Assembly (NCBI GenBank): GCA_964016885.1
Contig: OZ024740.1
Coordinates: 77,872,001-77,936,000, forward strand
Length of the DNA stretch: 64,000 bases
Source of the DNA: Eledone cirrhosa
Taxonomy: Eukaryota
Direction: 5' to 3'
Below the pieces are notes generated by a model, which saw only the letters and a program-made list of their open reading frames with translations, did no database searches and had not been told where the DNA came from. Numbering within the stretch: position 1 is the first letter of the stretch; every line of letters starts with the position of its first letter. Positions 27,408-41,176 of this stretch are shown here, one piece after another. A program made the translations under genes and the position numbers.

Positions 27408-27542
27408 ACTATGTCCTTGAGCAAGACACTTTATTTCACGTTGCTCCTTCTACCTGGAGTTACGACCGATAGATAGTACTAGCAATTGAAAAGACCAACG
27501 GAAACATTGTTTCCTCGGTCCGATTTGACGAAAGTCGATCGA
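27408..27542 (+). mobile_element. SINE B 3' half
   Basis: tgtccttgagcaagacactttatttcacgttgctcc...gacgaaagtcgatcg. Confidence 0.85.
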
Positions 27543-27562
27543 CAAAATAATAATAATATATA

Positions 27563-27905
27563 TACAGTGTACACCCGACATTCGTGGACCCGGTTAGTCT
27601 CAGAATTTTCCTAAGAACCTACCTAATAATTGTTCGTGGAAACCACCGCATATTCGCGGAATCGTAAATATCTTCCGCGCTTTTTTTATGGCTTTTCTCG
27701 TGGCAATATATATTTTTAACAATATACTGTATTTGCCGGCCTATTGGACGCCCCTTCGTATTAGACGCTCTCTTTTTTTAAAATTATATTTTACATTATA
27801 TTTTGACGTTTATAGGCATTTTTTATGGAACACGTCTAATATTCGCGGTTTCCTGGTCTTCGCGGGTGCTCACGGAACGTAATCCCCGCAAATACTGGGT
27901 GTATA
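27563..27905. mobile_element. Putative Tigger/pogo-like non-autonomous DNA element
   Basis: ta-cagtgtacacccgacattcgtgga at the left and ccccgcaaatactgggtgtata at the right form imperfect TIRs; repeated attcgcgg motifs inside. Confidence 0.5.
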
Positions 27906-28145
27906 TATATATTTCCTTCTGGTTATTTAGATGATATACATAACTTCAGGGGAGAACCCAAAAGGTTCCAAATCACTTTAAAATATTATTGTTTTCTCAA
28001 TTTGTTAAGGAATGTGTAAATTTATGTGTACATTTACCCAGTCTCGGTTAATTCTATACATACACCATACATATATACATATATATATATATATGTGAGG
28101 AGTTGAGTGCTTATGTTTGTATACATACATACATACATACATACA

Positions 28146-28175
<30 letters not shown>

Positions 28176-28176
<1 letters not shown>

Positions 28177-28765
28177 GGTGGCTGCCAACTCGTTTTCGAG
28201 TACGGCTACTACTTTATATCCATGTAGGAGAACCCCTACCGATGCGCTGAACGAGTGTGACTTTTTACTCCAGCCAGCGACTTGAAAACTCTGGTACAAA
28301 CACTACACTTGTGACAATTATTGACACATAGTGCTGGGCCCATGGTACCATGTGACGACAAGTGCAGAGAGATCTCCAGATATAAAGCAATGCCTGTGCC
28401 GTGAAGCTTTTATAGTGAGCAAAGGCACTGCACAAAGCCAGTCCCACTCTCTTAACCAAGATGATATTTACCAAAAAGAAGAACGAGTCAACATCATTGG
28501 ATACCATCAGGGTTGCAGGTGTTATATCAGAGTTTTCCTTCTCCTAGAATTCTACCTTGACAAAGGCTAAGGGGTCATCTCTCCCAGTGATTTTGGATGG
28601 CCATTGACTCTCAAGAGCTCCTTTGCCCTTTGACAGGTTTTGTTTTTAGTCCTGCAGGATGTCCAAAGAAACCTTGGTGGGATTGCCAGTTTAGTCGCCA
28701 ACGACCCAACCATGAGACAGGTTGTACTGGAATACATGTTACCAGTAGCACCAACTGGTGACCTG
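28176..28765 (-). mobile_element. RTE-derived family 1, near full-length (small internal deletion)
   Basis: Near-identical to 5231-5838; flanked by (CATA)n. Confidence 0.85.
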
Positions 28766-28843
28766 CCATACATACATACATATATACATACATACATACA
28801 TACATACATACATACATACATACATACATACATACATACATAC

Positions 28844-29160
28844 ATGATGATTGCTGCCCCCTCGTTATCGAGTATGGCCATTGCACGATATACCATTATT
28901 AATAATTATTAATTAATTCTATCGTGCAATGCCTGTGCGTGAAGATATTTTTTAAAGTGACGAAAGACTGTGCATTGAGCCAATCCCACTCTCTGAGCTA
29001 CAGTAGCTATAACCCGAAAAGAAGAAAAGATCAACATCATCAGTAACTACTGAGCCGCAGGTTTTATATCGGAGTTATCCCAGTTTCCTGAGTTGCCTTC
29101 TCCTAGAAGAATGCCCTGAGAAAGGCTAGGGGTCCCTTACTTACAGTGGTTTAACCGCGC
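28844..29160 (-). mobile_element. RTE-derived family 2, 5'-truncated
   Basis: Near-identical to 19874-20182. Confidence 0.8.
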
Positions 29161-29684
29161 GATCGGGTGTCCAGCCCGACTATTTCTATGTCCCCGCGCA
29201 TATCATACACATGCACCCATGCATATACACATATACACACACATGTACATGTGTATATACATATTTACACACATATATACATACATATATACATATGTGT
29301 GGGGGGGGGGGGGCAGTCTGTTTGCATGTGCGTATATATATATATAAAGTAGAGGAAATAAGATAGAATACAAAGAAATGAATATACCTTGCTAGTAACG
29401 GAGAAGGAGGAGCAGAGAGAGAGTAAGACTAATAGAAAGAGAGAGACAGAGACAGGGAGAACACATAGTGGAGTAGAAAGAGAGAGAGGGAGAGGGAGAA
29501 AGCGGGGCAGGGAGGTTACGTTGATAGGTGGCGTGGGAGATGGTGGTAGTGGTGGCGGGGAACCTGACTTGAATTAAAGAAAAGATGAATGGAACAGAAG
29601 TAGGACAGGAAAAGGTGGTGTTGTTGGGGGGAAGTAGAGGTGTAGGCCTGTGTCGTAACATTTGTAATACTGCTCGTAGTAGTA

Positions 29685-31133
29685 GTGGTGGTGGTGGTGT
29701 GAGGGTGGTGGTGGTGGTGGTGGTGGTGGTGTGAGGGTGGTGTTGGTGTGAGGGTGGTGTGGTGGTGGTGTGAGGGTGGTGGTGGTGGTGTGAGGGCGGT
29801 GTTGGTGGTGTGAGGGTGGTGTTGGTGGTGTGAGGGTGGTGTTGGTGTGAGGGTGGTGGTAGTGGTGGTGGCGGTGTGAGGGTGGTGGTGGTGTGAGGGT
29901 GGTGTGGTGGTGGTGTGAGGGTGGTGGTGGTGGTGTGAGGGTGGTGTTGGTGGTGTGAGGGTGGTGTTGGTGGTGTGAGGGTGGTGTTGGTGTGAGGGTG
30001 GTGGTAGTGGTGTGAGGGTGGTTCTGGTGGTGGTGGCGGTGTGAGGGTGGTGGTGGTGGTGGTGGTGGTGTGGTGGTGGTAGTGGTAAAATTGGTGTTGG
30101 TGTGTGGGGTGGGGTATGGGGGGGTATGAGAGTGGTGTTGGTAGTAGTAAAATTGGTGGTGGTGTTGGTGATGTGATGGTGGTGTGAAGGTGGTGTTGGT
30201 GATGTGATGGTGGTGTGAAGGTGGTGGTGGTGGTGGTGGGGTAAGGGTGGTGGTGGTTGGGTGAGGGTGGTGTTGGTGATGTGAGGGTGGTCTTGGTGGT
30301 GTGAGAGTGGTGTTGGTAGTGGAAAATAGGTAGTGGTGTGAGGGTGGTGGTGGTGGTGTGAGGGTGGTGGTAGTGGTGTGAGGGTGGTGTTGGTGGTGTG
30401 AGAGTGGTGCTGGTGTGAGGGTGTGAGGATGGTGCTGGTGGTGGAGGTTGTCGACGCCGTGGTGGCGGCGGTGTTGGTGGTGGTTTGTGAGGGTGGTGCT
30501 GGTGATGTTGGAGGTGGTGGTTGTGGTGGTTTGTGAGGGTGGTGCAGGTGATGTTGGAGGTGGTGGTTGTGGTGGTGGTGCGTGAGGGTGGTACTGGTGG
30601 TGGAGGTTGTCAACACTGTCGTGGTGGTGGTGGTGGAGTTGGTGGTGGTGTTTAATGGTAATGCTGGTGGTGGAGGTTGTCAACACGGTGTGTGAGGGTG
30701 GTGGTGGTGGTGGTGATGTGGGAGGGTGGTGGTGGTCGTGGTGGTGGTGGTGGTGTGTGAGGGTGGTGCTGGTTATCTTAACCGTGGTGATGGTGTGGGT
30801 GAGGGTGCTGGGGTGGAGGTTGTCGACGCCGTGGTGGTAATGGTGGTGGTGGATGTGGCGTGAAGGTGGTGCTGGTGGTGGTGGTGGTAGTAGTGATGGA
30901 AGTAGCTTTTAAAAATGGTGGTGGTGGAATTGTTTTGGTAGAAGTGGTAAATGGTGTTTTAAAGTTGATAGTAATGGTATCGTGGCACTGATGATGGTGG
31001 TGGTGGTAATGGTATGGTGGTAGTGGTATAGTGGCAGTGGTGGTGATATGGTGGGAGTATGGTGGTGGTAGTAGGTTGTTGTTGTTGTTGTGTTGGCGGT
31101 GGCGGTGGTAGTGATGATGGTGGTATGGTGGTG
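29685..31133 (+). repeat. G-rich (GGT)n-based cryptic minisatellite with recurring GTGAGGGTGGTG
   Basis: Direct reading; source of the H/P/T-rich antisense ORFs. Confidence 0.9.
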
Positions 31134-32859
31134 ACAAAAGGTAAAATCGACTTCTTGTACTTGCGTCAGCATTTACCTAAGATGGATTAGCGGGCTCTTG
31201 CCAGTTCAGCCACAGCAAGATGTACGGAGTGCGCGCATGCACGTCGTTCAACAGGCATGGGTTAAGCCGGTTCCTACCAGTTCGTCCACAGCATAACGAA
31301 GGTGACCGCCAATGGACGGCGATCACATACGTCTGACATTAAAAAAAGACGAGTTGAGCCGGCTCTTACCAATTCATCCACAGCATGCTGATCGGAGCCC
31401 ACTCATATACGGCGATCAGAGACGTCGGACGTTCAACAGACGTCTAGCGCAGATAGAGTGAACAAGACACGCTTCCAGCGGTGGACACCATGTTTGCGAG
31501 TTCAAGATATCTGCTCAAAATTTGAGGCAAAGTTAACTTCGGCATGACTGGATTAACCATAAACAAAATAAGCATATGCTAGAGCATCAATGGACGTGGG
31601 ACAATTTTATTAAAATGAAATGTATTTGTCATTCATTTTTCTTTCTACAGACTTTATACATGGGTGGGGGGAACCACTGCTTATGGCTTGAAAAGGACAT
31701 AATCCGACCCTTGACCTCGTCGTGGTTTAAACTCTGCCCTGAGAGTCGGAACAAATATCATGAGATATTCTATCCAAGACTCTAACCATTCTATCAATTT
31801 ATCAGAGTTCGTGGTAAAAATCAATATTTTTCTGTCAGGTTTTGAGGTGATGAATTCTAAATGACGTCATTATTTTCCTTGTTGTCAGATCTAATCATAC
31901 TAAGTTCCTTAACTTTCAGTTGCAAATATAACTATAGCTCATACAGGAACAACTACAATATTAATACATTATATTTGGCATGTAGCTGTGATTTGGAATG
32001 GACTTTCGCCGGTTTCGACGATGAATGTTTCACTTGATCGTCTAACGGAACAACCTGCTCCTAAAATTAATGTGTAAATGGCAGAAAATTACACAGAAAC
32101 GTGCACCTTTAACGTAATTTACAAGGAAATTCAGCGGAACACCGTATGTGACAAGGCTAGCTCTTTGAATTACAAATACTGTCGATCTGATGGGCTTCCA
32201 AACAGCTTCTGTCTATCCAGTTTCACTCACAAGATGTAGGTAGACCTGAAGCTATGGTAAACGACACTTCCCAGTATTCCATTCTGTGGGATCAAACCGG
32301 AGATTTAATGATTGCGAAGCAAACTCCTTAACCATTCGGCCAGGCAACGTCAACAGCCGTGTTTTACATATTTAATGGATACAGGCACGACTAAAAGTTT
32401 AAGAAATTCGTTTTGTAATCATAAAGTCCCAGGTTCTATCGCATATCTGGGGGTCTATGCCTTTACCATAGCCTCGAGTTAACCAAGGTCTTTTGAGTGA
32501 AATTATTGAGACGAAGACAGAGTAGACGTCTATTGGGTGGATTTTTCTTTTTTTCAGAATAAGTTTAGCCCGTGGGTGGGGAGGCAGCCCAAACACCTCC
32601 AGGCATAGAACTCATCACCCTCTCCCATCCCTCTAACTTTCTTCCGTAATCTCATAGTCTTTGCTCTCTCCCTCCTTTTCCTCTCATTTATGGTATTTAC
32701 AGCCCTTTCTCCTACTTTCCTATACAGATAGATCTGCCCGTCTTAAACCCTTCCTACCTCTGTTCTCTACTTGGTTTCCTTTTTATCCTTTTTCTTTCAT
32801 ATTTCCATCAATATTTGTAATGCTATTTATACATTTGTGAATTGATTTATTGTCTGTAA

Positions 32860-32964
32860 TTCTTCTTCTTCTTCTTCTTCTTCTTCTTCTTCTTCTTCTT
32901 CTTCTTCTTCTTCTTCTTCTTCTTCTTCTTCTTCTTCTTCTTCTTCTTCTTCTTCTTCTTCTTC
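32860..32964 (+). repeat. (TTC)n microsatellite
   Basis: Direct reading. Confidence 0.97.
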
Positions 32965-33793
32965 ATACATGAAGTGGAAGTTCATTCGATCAAACAACTG
33001 TATGCCCATCGTCGAAACCGGTGGAGGATCCATCCTCAAATATTAATCTAAAGCGTTTATAATATTTTATTCTCGAACTAACGAGGTGGACTGCTACTTA
33101 GCCACTGAATATGCTTGAAATAGCAGCCAAATTTCCCTCGAGTCACACGCTATCGTCATAAAAAATGAAATGTTACATTAAAAACTCAATCTTTAAAGTC
33201 TGTTTATGGACTGGAGATTCATCAGACTAGAACCATAGAGCTTTAAGAGACTGGGAGTACGAACCCTCTCTAGATGGGACACCAGCCCGTTGCAGGGTTT
33301 AACCTCCAGGCATTGCTGCTATTCCTTTTTTTCAATTGATTAAATTGGAGCAACATGAAATGAAGGACATTGCTCTAGGACACAATGTGACATGTGATGA
33401 AGCAATAGCACCCATAAAATGATAGTTGTGAGCGCAATACTTTAACAGACGTACTGTATCTGGAGAGAGAAAAAGATTGGATGGTCCTAGGTCTGCTCCA
33501 TGGAGACTGACCTGGGGCTAAACAACAACATATTTGCATGTATATTTACACACACACACACACATATATATGTGTGTGTGTGCGTGTGCATGTGTGTGTG
33601 TGTATAATATATATATAATGAATATATATAATAAATATATATGAGTGTTTGTATATAAATATATATATATATGTAAGTGTATGTGTTTGTATTTATATAT
33701 ATGCATACATACTTGCATGTATACATACATAGATACATGCACACATACATATATAGATGCATACGTACATACTTGCATGTATACATACATAGT

Positions 33794-34008
33794 GTGAAGG
33801 CGTGTGGCTGAGTGGTTAGAGAATTGGATTCGCAATCGTAAGGTTGTGAGTACGATTCCTGGACCAGGCGATGCGTTATGTCCTTGAGCAAGACACTTTA
33901 TTTCACGTTGCTCCTTCTACCTGGAGTTGCGACCGATAGATAGTATCAGCAATTGGAAAGACCAACGGAAACATTGTTCCCTCGGTCCGATTTGACGAAA
34001 GTCGATCG
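33794..34008 (+). mobile_element. SINE B, full-length (tRNA head and CORE-like body)
   Basis: A box tggctgagtggttag, B box gagtacgattcc, CORE-like tgtccttgagcaagacactt, and 3' gacgaaagtcgatcg. Confidence 0.9.
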
Positions 34009-34082
34009 TTCCTATACATACATAGTTACATGCACACACACATACATACATACATACATACATACATACATACATACATACT

Positions 34083-34467
34083 TGGTGGCTGCCAACTCGT
34101 TTTCGAGTACGGCCACTACTTTATATCCATGTAGGAGAACCCCTACCGATGCGCTGAACGAGTGTGACATTTTAGTCCAGCCAGCGACTTGAAAACTCTG
34201 GTACAAACACTACACTTGAGACAATTATTGACACATAGTGCTGGGCCCATGGTACCATGTGACGACAAGTGCAGAGAGATCTCCAGATATAAAGCAATGC
34301 CTGTGCCGTGAAGCTTTTATAGTGAGCAAAGGCACCGCACAAAGCCAGTCCCACTCTCTTAACCAAGATGATATTTACCAAAAAGAAGAACAAGGCAACA
34401 TCATTGGATACCATCAGGGTTGCAGGTGTTATATCAGAGTTTTCCTTCTCCTAGAATCCTGCATTGA
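34083..34467 (-). mobile_element. RTE-derived family 1, 5'-truncated
   Basis: Same 3' end; truncated near ctagaatcctgc. Confidence 0.85.
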
Positions 34468-34491
34468 CATAGATACATACATACATACATA

Positions 34492-34686
34492 TACACATGC
34501 ACACATACAACTCAAAACATACACATCCACACATACAATAACATCCATATCTACACATGCATGCATACATACATATCTACTTAGTTGATGTTGTGTAAAT
34601 TCCAATGAGAGAGTCTTGTGTCTATGTTAGAAACCGACTCTCTCTCTCTATTGGTAAAACTTTGTGAAATTATAAAACCAGAAGAA
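34492..34686 (+). mobile_element. R4/Dong-like lineage 1, 3'UTR-only copy
   Basis: acatacaactcaaaacatacacatcc...gaaattataaaaccagaagaa(cata)n. Confidence 0.85.
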
Positions 34687-34752
34687 CATACATACATACA
34701 TACATACATACATACATACATACATACATACATACATACATACATACATACA

Positions 34753-35347
34753 TGGTGGCTGCCAACTCGTTTTCGAGTACGGCCACTACTTTATCTCCAT
34801 GTAGGAGAACCCCTACCGATGTACTGAACGAGTGTGACTTTTTAGTCCAGCCAGGGACTTGAAAACTCTTGTACAAACATTACACTTGTGACAATTATTG
34901 ACACATAGTGCTGGGCCCATGGCACCATGTGACGACAAGTGCAGAGAGATCTCCAGATATAAAGCAATGCCTGTGCCGTGAAGCTTTTATAGTGCATAAG
35001 GCCAGTCCCACTCTCTTAACCAAGATGATATTTTCTAAAAAGAAGAACAAGTCAACATCATTGGATACCATCAGGGTTGCAGGTGTTATATCAGAGTTTT
35101 CCTTCTCCTAGAATTCTACCTTGACAAAGGCTAAGGAGTCATCTCTCCCAGTGATTTTGGATGGCCATTGACCCTTAAGAGCTCCTTTGCCCTTTGACAG
35201 GTTTTGTTTTTAGTCCTGCAGGATGTCCAAAGTCACCCTCCTCACCAAGAAACCTTGGTCGAGTTGCCAGTTTAGTCGCCAACGACCCGACCATGAGACA
35301 GGTTATACTGGGATACATGTTACCAGTAGCACCAACTGGTGACCTGA
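34753..35347 (-). mobile_element. RTE-derived family 1, near full-length
   Basis: As 5231-5838. Confidence 0.85.
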
Positions 35348-35436
35348 CATACATACATACATACATACATACATACATACATACATACATACATACATAC
35401 ATACATACATACATACATACATACATACATACATAC

Positions 35437-36307
35437 CTGATTCATAAAAGAGATAGGGATGCAGGCAAAACACCTAGATGTGATAACAAGTGCAGACTCT
35501 GCAGAACTAACATCGAGGATATCACCCATGTCATCAGCAGCTGCCCAAAGATGTCATCGCGGTACTATCTACCTATGAGGCATGATGTAGTGGCCAAAAC
35601 ACTGTACAATGCAGTTCGTAAAAAAGATAGCCCCGATGATAAACACATTAAAAGCTACAACAATGTGGAAGACATCCATGTACATAATATGAAAGAGTAC
35701 TGGTGGAATGTTCCAGTAAAAACCACAATAAAATGCAGGCATAACAGACCAGATATTATGATATGGGACAGGGAGAAGAAAACATGCACAGTAGTGGAAA
35801 TTAGCTGCCCAGCAGATGCCAATAAAATATCAAAGTTTAGTGAAAAGGAGAATATTTATGCAGAACTGATGAGAAATCTCCAGATACTCCACCCTGATTA
35901 CACCTTCAGATTTATGCCTGTGATTATTGGGGCACTGGGATATGTTAGTAACTGCCTCAATACAAATCTTGAGAAGCTAGGCTTCACAGGAACAGAAAGA
36001 ACACAACTAGTTAGGAAATTACAAGTACAATCCATTACTGGAACAGTAAAAATATGTAAAACATTCCAAAAAGTTTGCATCTAATAACTGAATATACACA
36101 TGTACAGATACAAAGCATATACACATGCACACATACAACTCAAAACATCCACATCCACACATACAATAACATCCATATCTACACATGCATGCAGACATAC
36201 ATATCTACCTAGTTGATGTTGTGTAAATTCCAATGAGAGTCTTGTGTCTATGTTAGAAACCGACTCTCTCTCTATTGGTAAAACTTTGTGAAATTATAAA
36301 ACCAGAA
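35437..36307 (+). mobile_element. R4/Dong-like lineage 1, 5'-truncated, with intact CCHC and RLE coding region
   Basis: Open frame CRLCRTNIEDITHVISSC...MRHDVVA...RPDIMIWD...VVEISCP...EKENIY...KICKTFQKVCI*, followed by the 3'UTR and (CATA)n. Confidence 0.93.
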
Positions 36308-36333
36308 CATACATACATACATACATACATACA

Positions 36334-36386
<53 letters not shown>

Positions 36387-37490
36387 CCGAAAGTGACTTT
36401 CCTTTAATTAAGCTCTTCACTTATCTGTCAACTTGTATCATTTCTTCACTCCTAAACAAACAATCATAACTGAAACCTATCTTCACGTTGTAAAAGTCTT
36501 TCCTCCTTCTAAACATATTTTACTTTCTCTCACTTGGTCTTGGTGATTTCTCGTTGATGTTTTTGTTATTTAGTATCTCTCAATGTGGCAGTCTATATCA
36601 ACAATCCATAACTATTGGTGAAGCGGTAAAGTATTTTTTAGAGTTATTGTTCCCTAGTATTAACCATTTTCTGACCGTGTTCCTAATGAAATACACACTG
36701 TTTCATTTAATGAATGAAAAATGTTGAGGGATTTACTAGAATTATTAATTATTCCAGTACTAAAATAGTAATTTAACATTTACAAAATTTTGTCGGAAGA
36801 TGTTAATTTAAATAAGAACCGTGCAAAATGGGTGGTTTTGGTTCATAGAACCAGAGCAGATTTTGATCAGGTTTGTCATCAAAAGGTGTCAATTCTTTCA
36901 CATTTCAATATATTTCATGCTTTAGTTTCGAGAGTGAAGGTGTGCGACCTTGTTATGATGTTGGACTCACGAACGAATGCAATGCTAAGGGTTCGATTCC
37001 TAGATCGAGTGGCATGTTGCTCCAGTCTAGTCAACTGAAAATAACTATCTGCAGTAGCTAGGGAGAGCCTTGTACACCCTGTCGTTTAATGACAATGATA
37101 CCGGAACATGCTCTTGTTTGATGAGCCTCTAGACTTTAACCCTTTTTTAAATGTTCTTGTTTCTATAATCTGTGGGGTTCTTCTGTGTGCGTCTGTCTAT
37201 CTTTTTTGACCCAGGTGTAATTTACACGATTTTTTCAAAATATATATTAAAATATAAATTTAAGTATATAAAGGATAACAAAATATCGTTATAGGTAATC
37301 CAATTAGAGGTTGTGAATACTTCTTATTATGGATAGTTTTAGCGTACGGCGTTGCTTGACTCAACAAGAGGTTTACGTAGATGACGAGTTTATAGTTTCA
37401 CTTGAATTCCTATGTAAGTTTATCTTGGCGTAATAAAATTGAAAAAATGGAGAATAACATGGTCAACAGTACAAAAAAGGGCATTTATTT

Positions 37491-37602
37491 GCAGTCTAAC
37501 AATTGTTTCACTGATAGAGTTGTCTAAAAATTGCTGAACACTAAAAACAGTGCCACTCAATTTTAAATACGATGTTAACTCTACTAGATCATCGGAAACA
37601 GT
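37491..37602 (-). ncRNA. Hammerhead-like motif with long stem II (one core substitution)
   Basis: Minus strand: ctgttt-CCGATGA-t-ctagtagagtt...tggcactg-tttt-tagtgttca...aactctatcag-t-GAAAC-aatt-GTT-agactgc-aaataaa. Confidence 0.6.
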
Positions 37603-37826
37603 TTCACATTTGTGTGTGTGTTTATATAGGTATATATATGTATATATATGTATATATATATGTATATATATATATGTATATATATATATGTTTATATATG
37701 TATATATATATATGTATATATATATATATGTATATATATATACGTATATATAGGTATATATATGTATATATATATATATGTGTGTATATATATATGTATA
37801 TATATACGTGTATATATATATGCATA

Positions 37827-37914
<88 letters not shown>

Positions 37915-38059
37915 AGACAAACCACAAACCCTCCATGTCAATTCTACTTTTGAAAACCATAAGAACTGTGAAACCGGTAAAATAAATAAATAAATATTCT
38001 TAAAAAGACTCCAGTTGCATTTTCGATTTCTTTTCCTCATATATAGTAGTAGTAGTAGC

Positions 38060-38132
<73 letters not shown>

Positions 38133-38263
38133 AAGGTGCAACTGGATCGCGTTCACATGTGGTATGCTGAGATGAGCACTCGATGCTACTGGAGAGCAGC
38201 GTATCGATAATAATAATTGAGGAACAAAGAATCAGTGTTGCATCATATATATATATATTTAAT

Positions 38264-38357
38264 CACATATTACATGTGTTTCACTGCCGATCAGCTCGAG
38301 AAAACGATCGATTATGTTGGTTCCTGACTCTGGAATCGAAAGCTCCTTAGGTATGTG
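38264..38357 (-). ncRNA. Long-stem-II hammerhead-like element, family H1 copy
   Basis: Minus strand: cacata-c-CTAAGGA-gctttcgattccagagtcagg...ctcgagctgatcggcagt-GAAAC-acat-GTA-a-tatgtg, with stem I cacata/tatgtg. Confidence 0.65.
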
Positions 38358-38394
38358 TTGTCGCAAGTAGACCCACGTAGAAATGTTGCCGTGA

Positions 38395-38860
38395 GTCGTA
38401 CTTTTATTTTATCGACCCCAAAAAGTACGTAAGCAAACTTGACCTCCGCTGGATTCCAATTTAGAACGTAAAGCAGTGCTACCCAACCTATGGTCATATG
38501 GCTAAAATAGGCCATGGCAAATTTCAGGTGGGCCTCAGAAATTTTATAATTTTTACTGGGCCACCAGGCTAATATATGAGCCCCAGCTTATTGTATGGTC
38601 CATGGAGTTTTTATTAACAACTAGTCCTTAAATTAATGAAATTAAATGTATGTAAATAAGTTTAATATATTTAGATTATAAAAATTTAATAATTACTTAG
38701 TGTTTAAATAGCTATAATAATTTCATGGGCCACAAAAAATTCTGGTTTCAGAGTGGGCCATGAGCTAAGAAAGGTTAGTAAACACTGACGTAAAGAGCTG
38801 TAACAAATAACACAATGAATTTGTCCGACGCTCTAACGATTCTGCCAATCCACCGCCTTA
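38395..38860 (-). mobile_element. Diverged SINE A copy split by a MITE
   Basis: gtacttt-tattttatcgacccc...aaacttgacctc on the left and gtccgacgctctaacgattctgccaatccaccgcc on the right. Confidence 0.75.
38474..38787. mobile_element. hAT-superfamily MITE with 8-bp TSD
   Basis: TIRs cagtgctacccaacct and aggttagtaaacactg; ACGTAAAG duplicated at 38466-38473 and 38788-38795. Confidence 0.9.
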
Positions 38861-39258
38861 ACATTGTCACACATAATAGAAAGGAACTTAATCCTGCTTT
38901 TACATGCGCGCTTGCGTTTGTGCATACTATCGCACCTGCGATTGTTCTCATTTTTTCCCCCCGTTCCTTCCTCTTTTCATTCTTTATCTTTCAGCGTGAG
39001 AAAAGAGTATTTTTGTTGTTGGTGTTTCTTTCAAAAAAGCATAAAGTTAGATTTAATTTCAGTGAATGACAGAAGCTCATTTGTTGATTCGGGTCACAGA
39101 GAATGTACAACTGCATCCTGGTACGTACCACACGAAAATATACATGTGTATTTGTGTATGTGCGAGTCAGTGTGGATATGTATGTGCATATATGTGTGAG
39201 TTGCGTATATGAATAGGTATATATATCTGAAACTATGTGTAAGTATGTGTGCATATGT

Positions 39259-39308
<50 letters not shown>

Positions 39309-39354
39309 ATATATATATATATATACATGCATACATATGCACACATACTTACAC

Positions 39355-39396
<42 letters not shown>

Positions 39397-39477
39397 GATA
39401 AACAAAAATAACAATACAATTAGTACAGTATATAGAAGGAATATATTAGACTAACGCTTGAAATAGCAGGAAGATGG

Positions 39478-39515
39478 TCTTAACGTTTCGGACGTTAGTC
39501 CTTCATCAGAAAAAG
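39478..39515 (-). ncRNA. Canonical minimal (Penelope-type) hammerhead ribozyme
   Basis: Minus strand: tttt-CTGATGA-a-GGAC-taac-GTCC-GAAAC-GTT-aaga, with a palindromic AACGTT stem III. The same ctgatgaaggactaac occurs truncated at about 2897-2912. Confidence 0.8.
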
Positions 39516-39546
39516 AATGAGAAATTAAAAAGATTGAAAGGAGTGT

Positions 39547-39629
<83 letters not shown>

Positions 39630-39849
39630 TGTGTGTGTGTGTGTATGTGTGCGCGCGTGTGTGTGTGTGCGCGTGTGTGTGTTAGTTATGTGTGTAACAA
39701 CAGTTACAGGCGGCGCGCTGTTCGAAGCACTCAATGCTGTTACGAGGACCGATTGTATTCCAAAGTTACGGCTGTAGTGTACAGCTGTAATATGCTGCAA
39801 CAGTGACTTCGATTATTTTATATATATATATATATATATAAACTGAAGT

Positions 39850-39941
39850 CTGATGAGCTTTTGATTCCAGAGTCGGGCCCGATCGATAGAGATCGAACGT
39901 TGAGCTGATCAATCACAAAACGCGCGTCACGCCTGAATAAA
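39850..39941 (+). ncRNA. Long-stem-II hammerhead-like element, family H1 copy
   Basis: CTGATGA-gcttttgattccagagtcggg...gatcga...tgagctgatc...c-AAAAC-gcgc-GTC...aataaa. Confidence 0.6.
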
Positions 39942-40090
39942 TTTAATTATAATTTAACACCTTGTCCCTACTTATTATTACTATTACTATATATATATAT
40001 AACTTCGCTTTGCTAATATGCAAATCAGAACGGTCAGTCACTGTATATTTTAGAAAATATCATATTTTCACTCGCTCTGACAGTTGGCAG

Positions 40091-40156
40091 GTGAACAGTG
40101 AACTGTACTGATGAAGAGTAATACCCAGAATCATTAGTGTCTGCAGTTCTGTTTAC
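40091..40156 (+). ncRNA. Type I hammerhead with long stem I (GAAA changed to GAAT)
   Basis: gtgaaca-gt-gaactgta-CTGATGA-a-gagt-aat-accc-a-GAAT-cattagt-GTC-tgcagttc-tgtttac; gaactgta/tgcagttc and gtgaaca/tgtttac pair. Confidence 0.7.
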
Positions 40157-40279
40157 ATGCCAACATAAGAGCAAGAATGAGGGGCTCATTCTACTGATGT
40201 GGCTTTAAAAAAGAGGCTTGTTTGCATAATTTGCAAACGAATCGAATATTATTATTAATATTCTAAAAACTCAAATTAC

Positions 40280-40333
<54 letters not shown>

Positions 40334-41009
40334 TAAAACCATGACCTTAAGATTGTAAGCCCAACATCCTAACCTCTAGACTATGTGCCTGCATTCCCAA
40401 ATAGCATGCCCCATATATATATATATATATATAATTTTTTCTCTCAAATTTCATTTACAAAGCATTAGACACTCGTCCAAGTTGCAATGGGGTGAAATTT
40501 AAGCCAAAGCCACGACTGTATTCCTTTTGGTTTTGTCCTATAACATTGATATCCTGTGAACAACTGACTTCCACAACGGACCATGTTTATATTCTTTGTT
40601 TTTGTTTGTTTTTGTTTTTGTTTTTGTTTTTGTTTTTGTTTTTGTTGTTCCGAAACAACAATATCAGGTCTGTTTTAGTTTTAAATTGTCTGCTGTTTTG
40701 TATGTATTTCTTCCGTTACTTTACATTATGAGTTCAAATCCCGCGAAGGTCAACTTTGCCTTTCATCCTTTAAAATGCCATAGAAATGCCGTATGTCAAT
40801 ACGGCGCCCCTAATATTCCCTCAGAAGTTACGGGACCATGCATTCATGCTACAGTCAACGCAAGATGTTAAGAAATGTGTCAGTCTTCTATGACAGGAGT
40901 TTAGAATTGTCTGTTTTCCGGCTCAAGTAACCATGTAGCACCGTGTTATTCTCATGTATGTATGAATGTAGGTAGATAGGTAGATATGTAGATATGTACG
41001 TATGTATAC

Positions 41010-41042
<33 letters not shown>

Positions 41043-41093
41043 TGTATGAATGTAGGTATATATGTAGATGCATAGATATGTACGTATGTATAC

Positions 41094-41126
<33 letters not shown>

Positions 41127-41176
41127 TGTATGTATGTATGTATGTATGTATGTATGTATGTATGTATGTATGTATG

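Noticed and set aside
29516-31172. His/Pro/Thr-rich ORFs of about 370 aa
   Set aside because: Antisense translation of the (GGT)n cryptic repeat, open in several frames at once.
33794-33875. tRNA genes at SINE heads
   Set aside because: A/B boxes are present but there is no complete cloverleaf, and they are fused to SINE bodies.
35194-36084. 296-aa ORF as a novel fusion gene
   Set aside because: Chance read-through from the antisense of an RTE SINE, through (CATA)n, into a truncated Dong-like endonuclease; it starts at a non-ATG codon.
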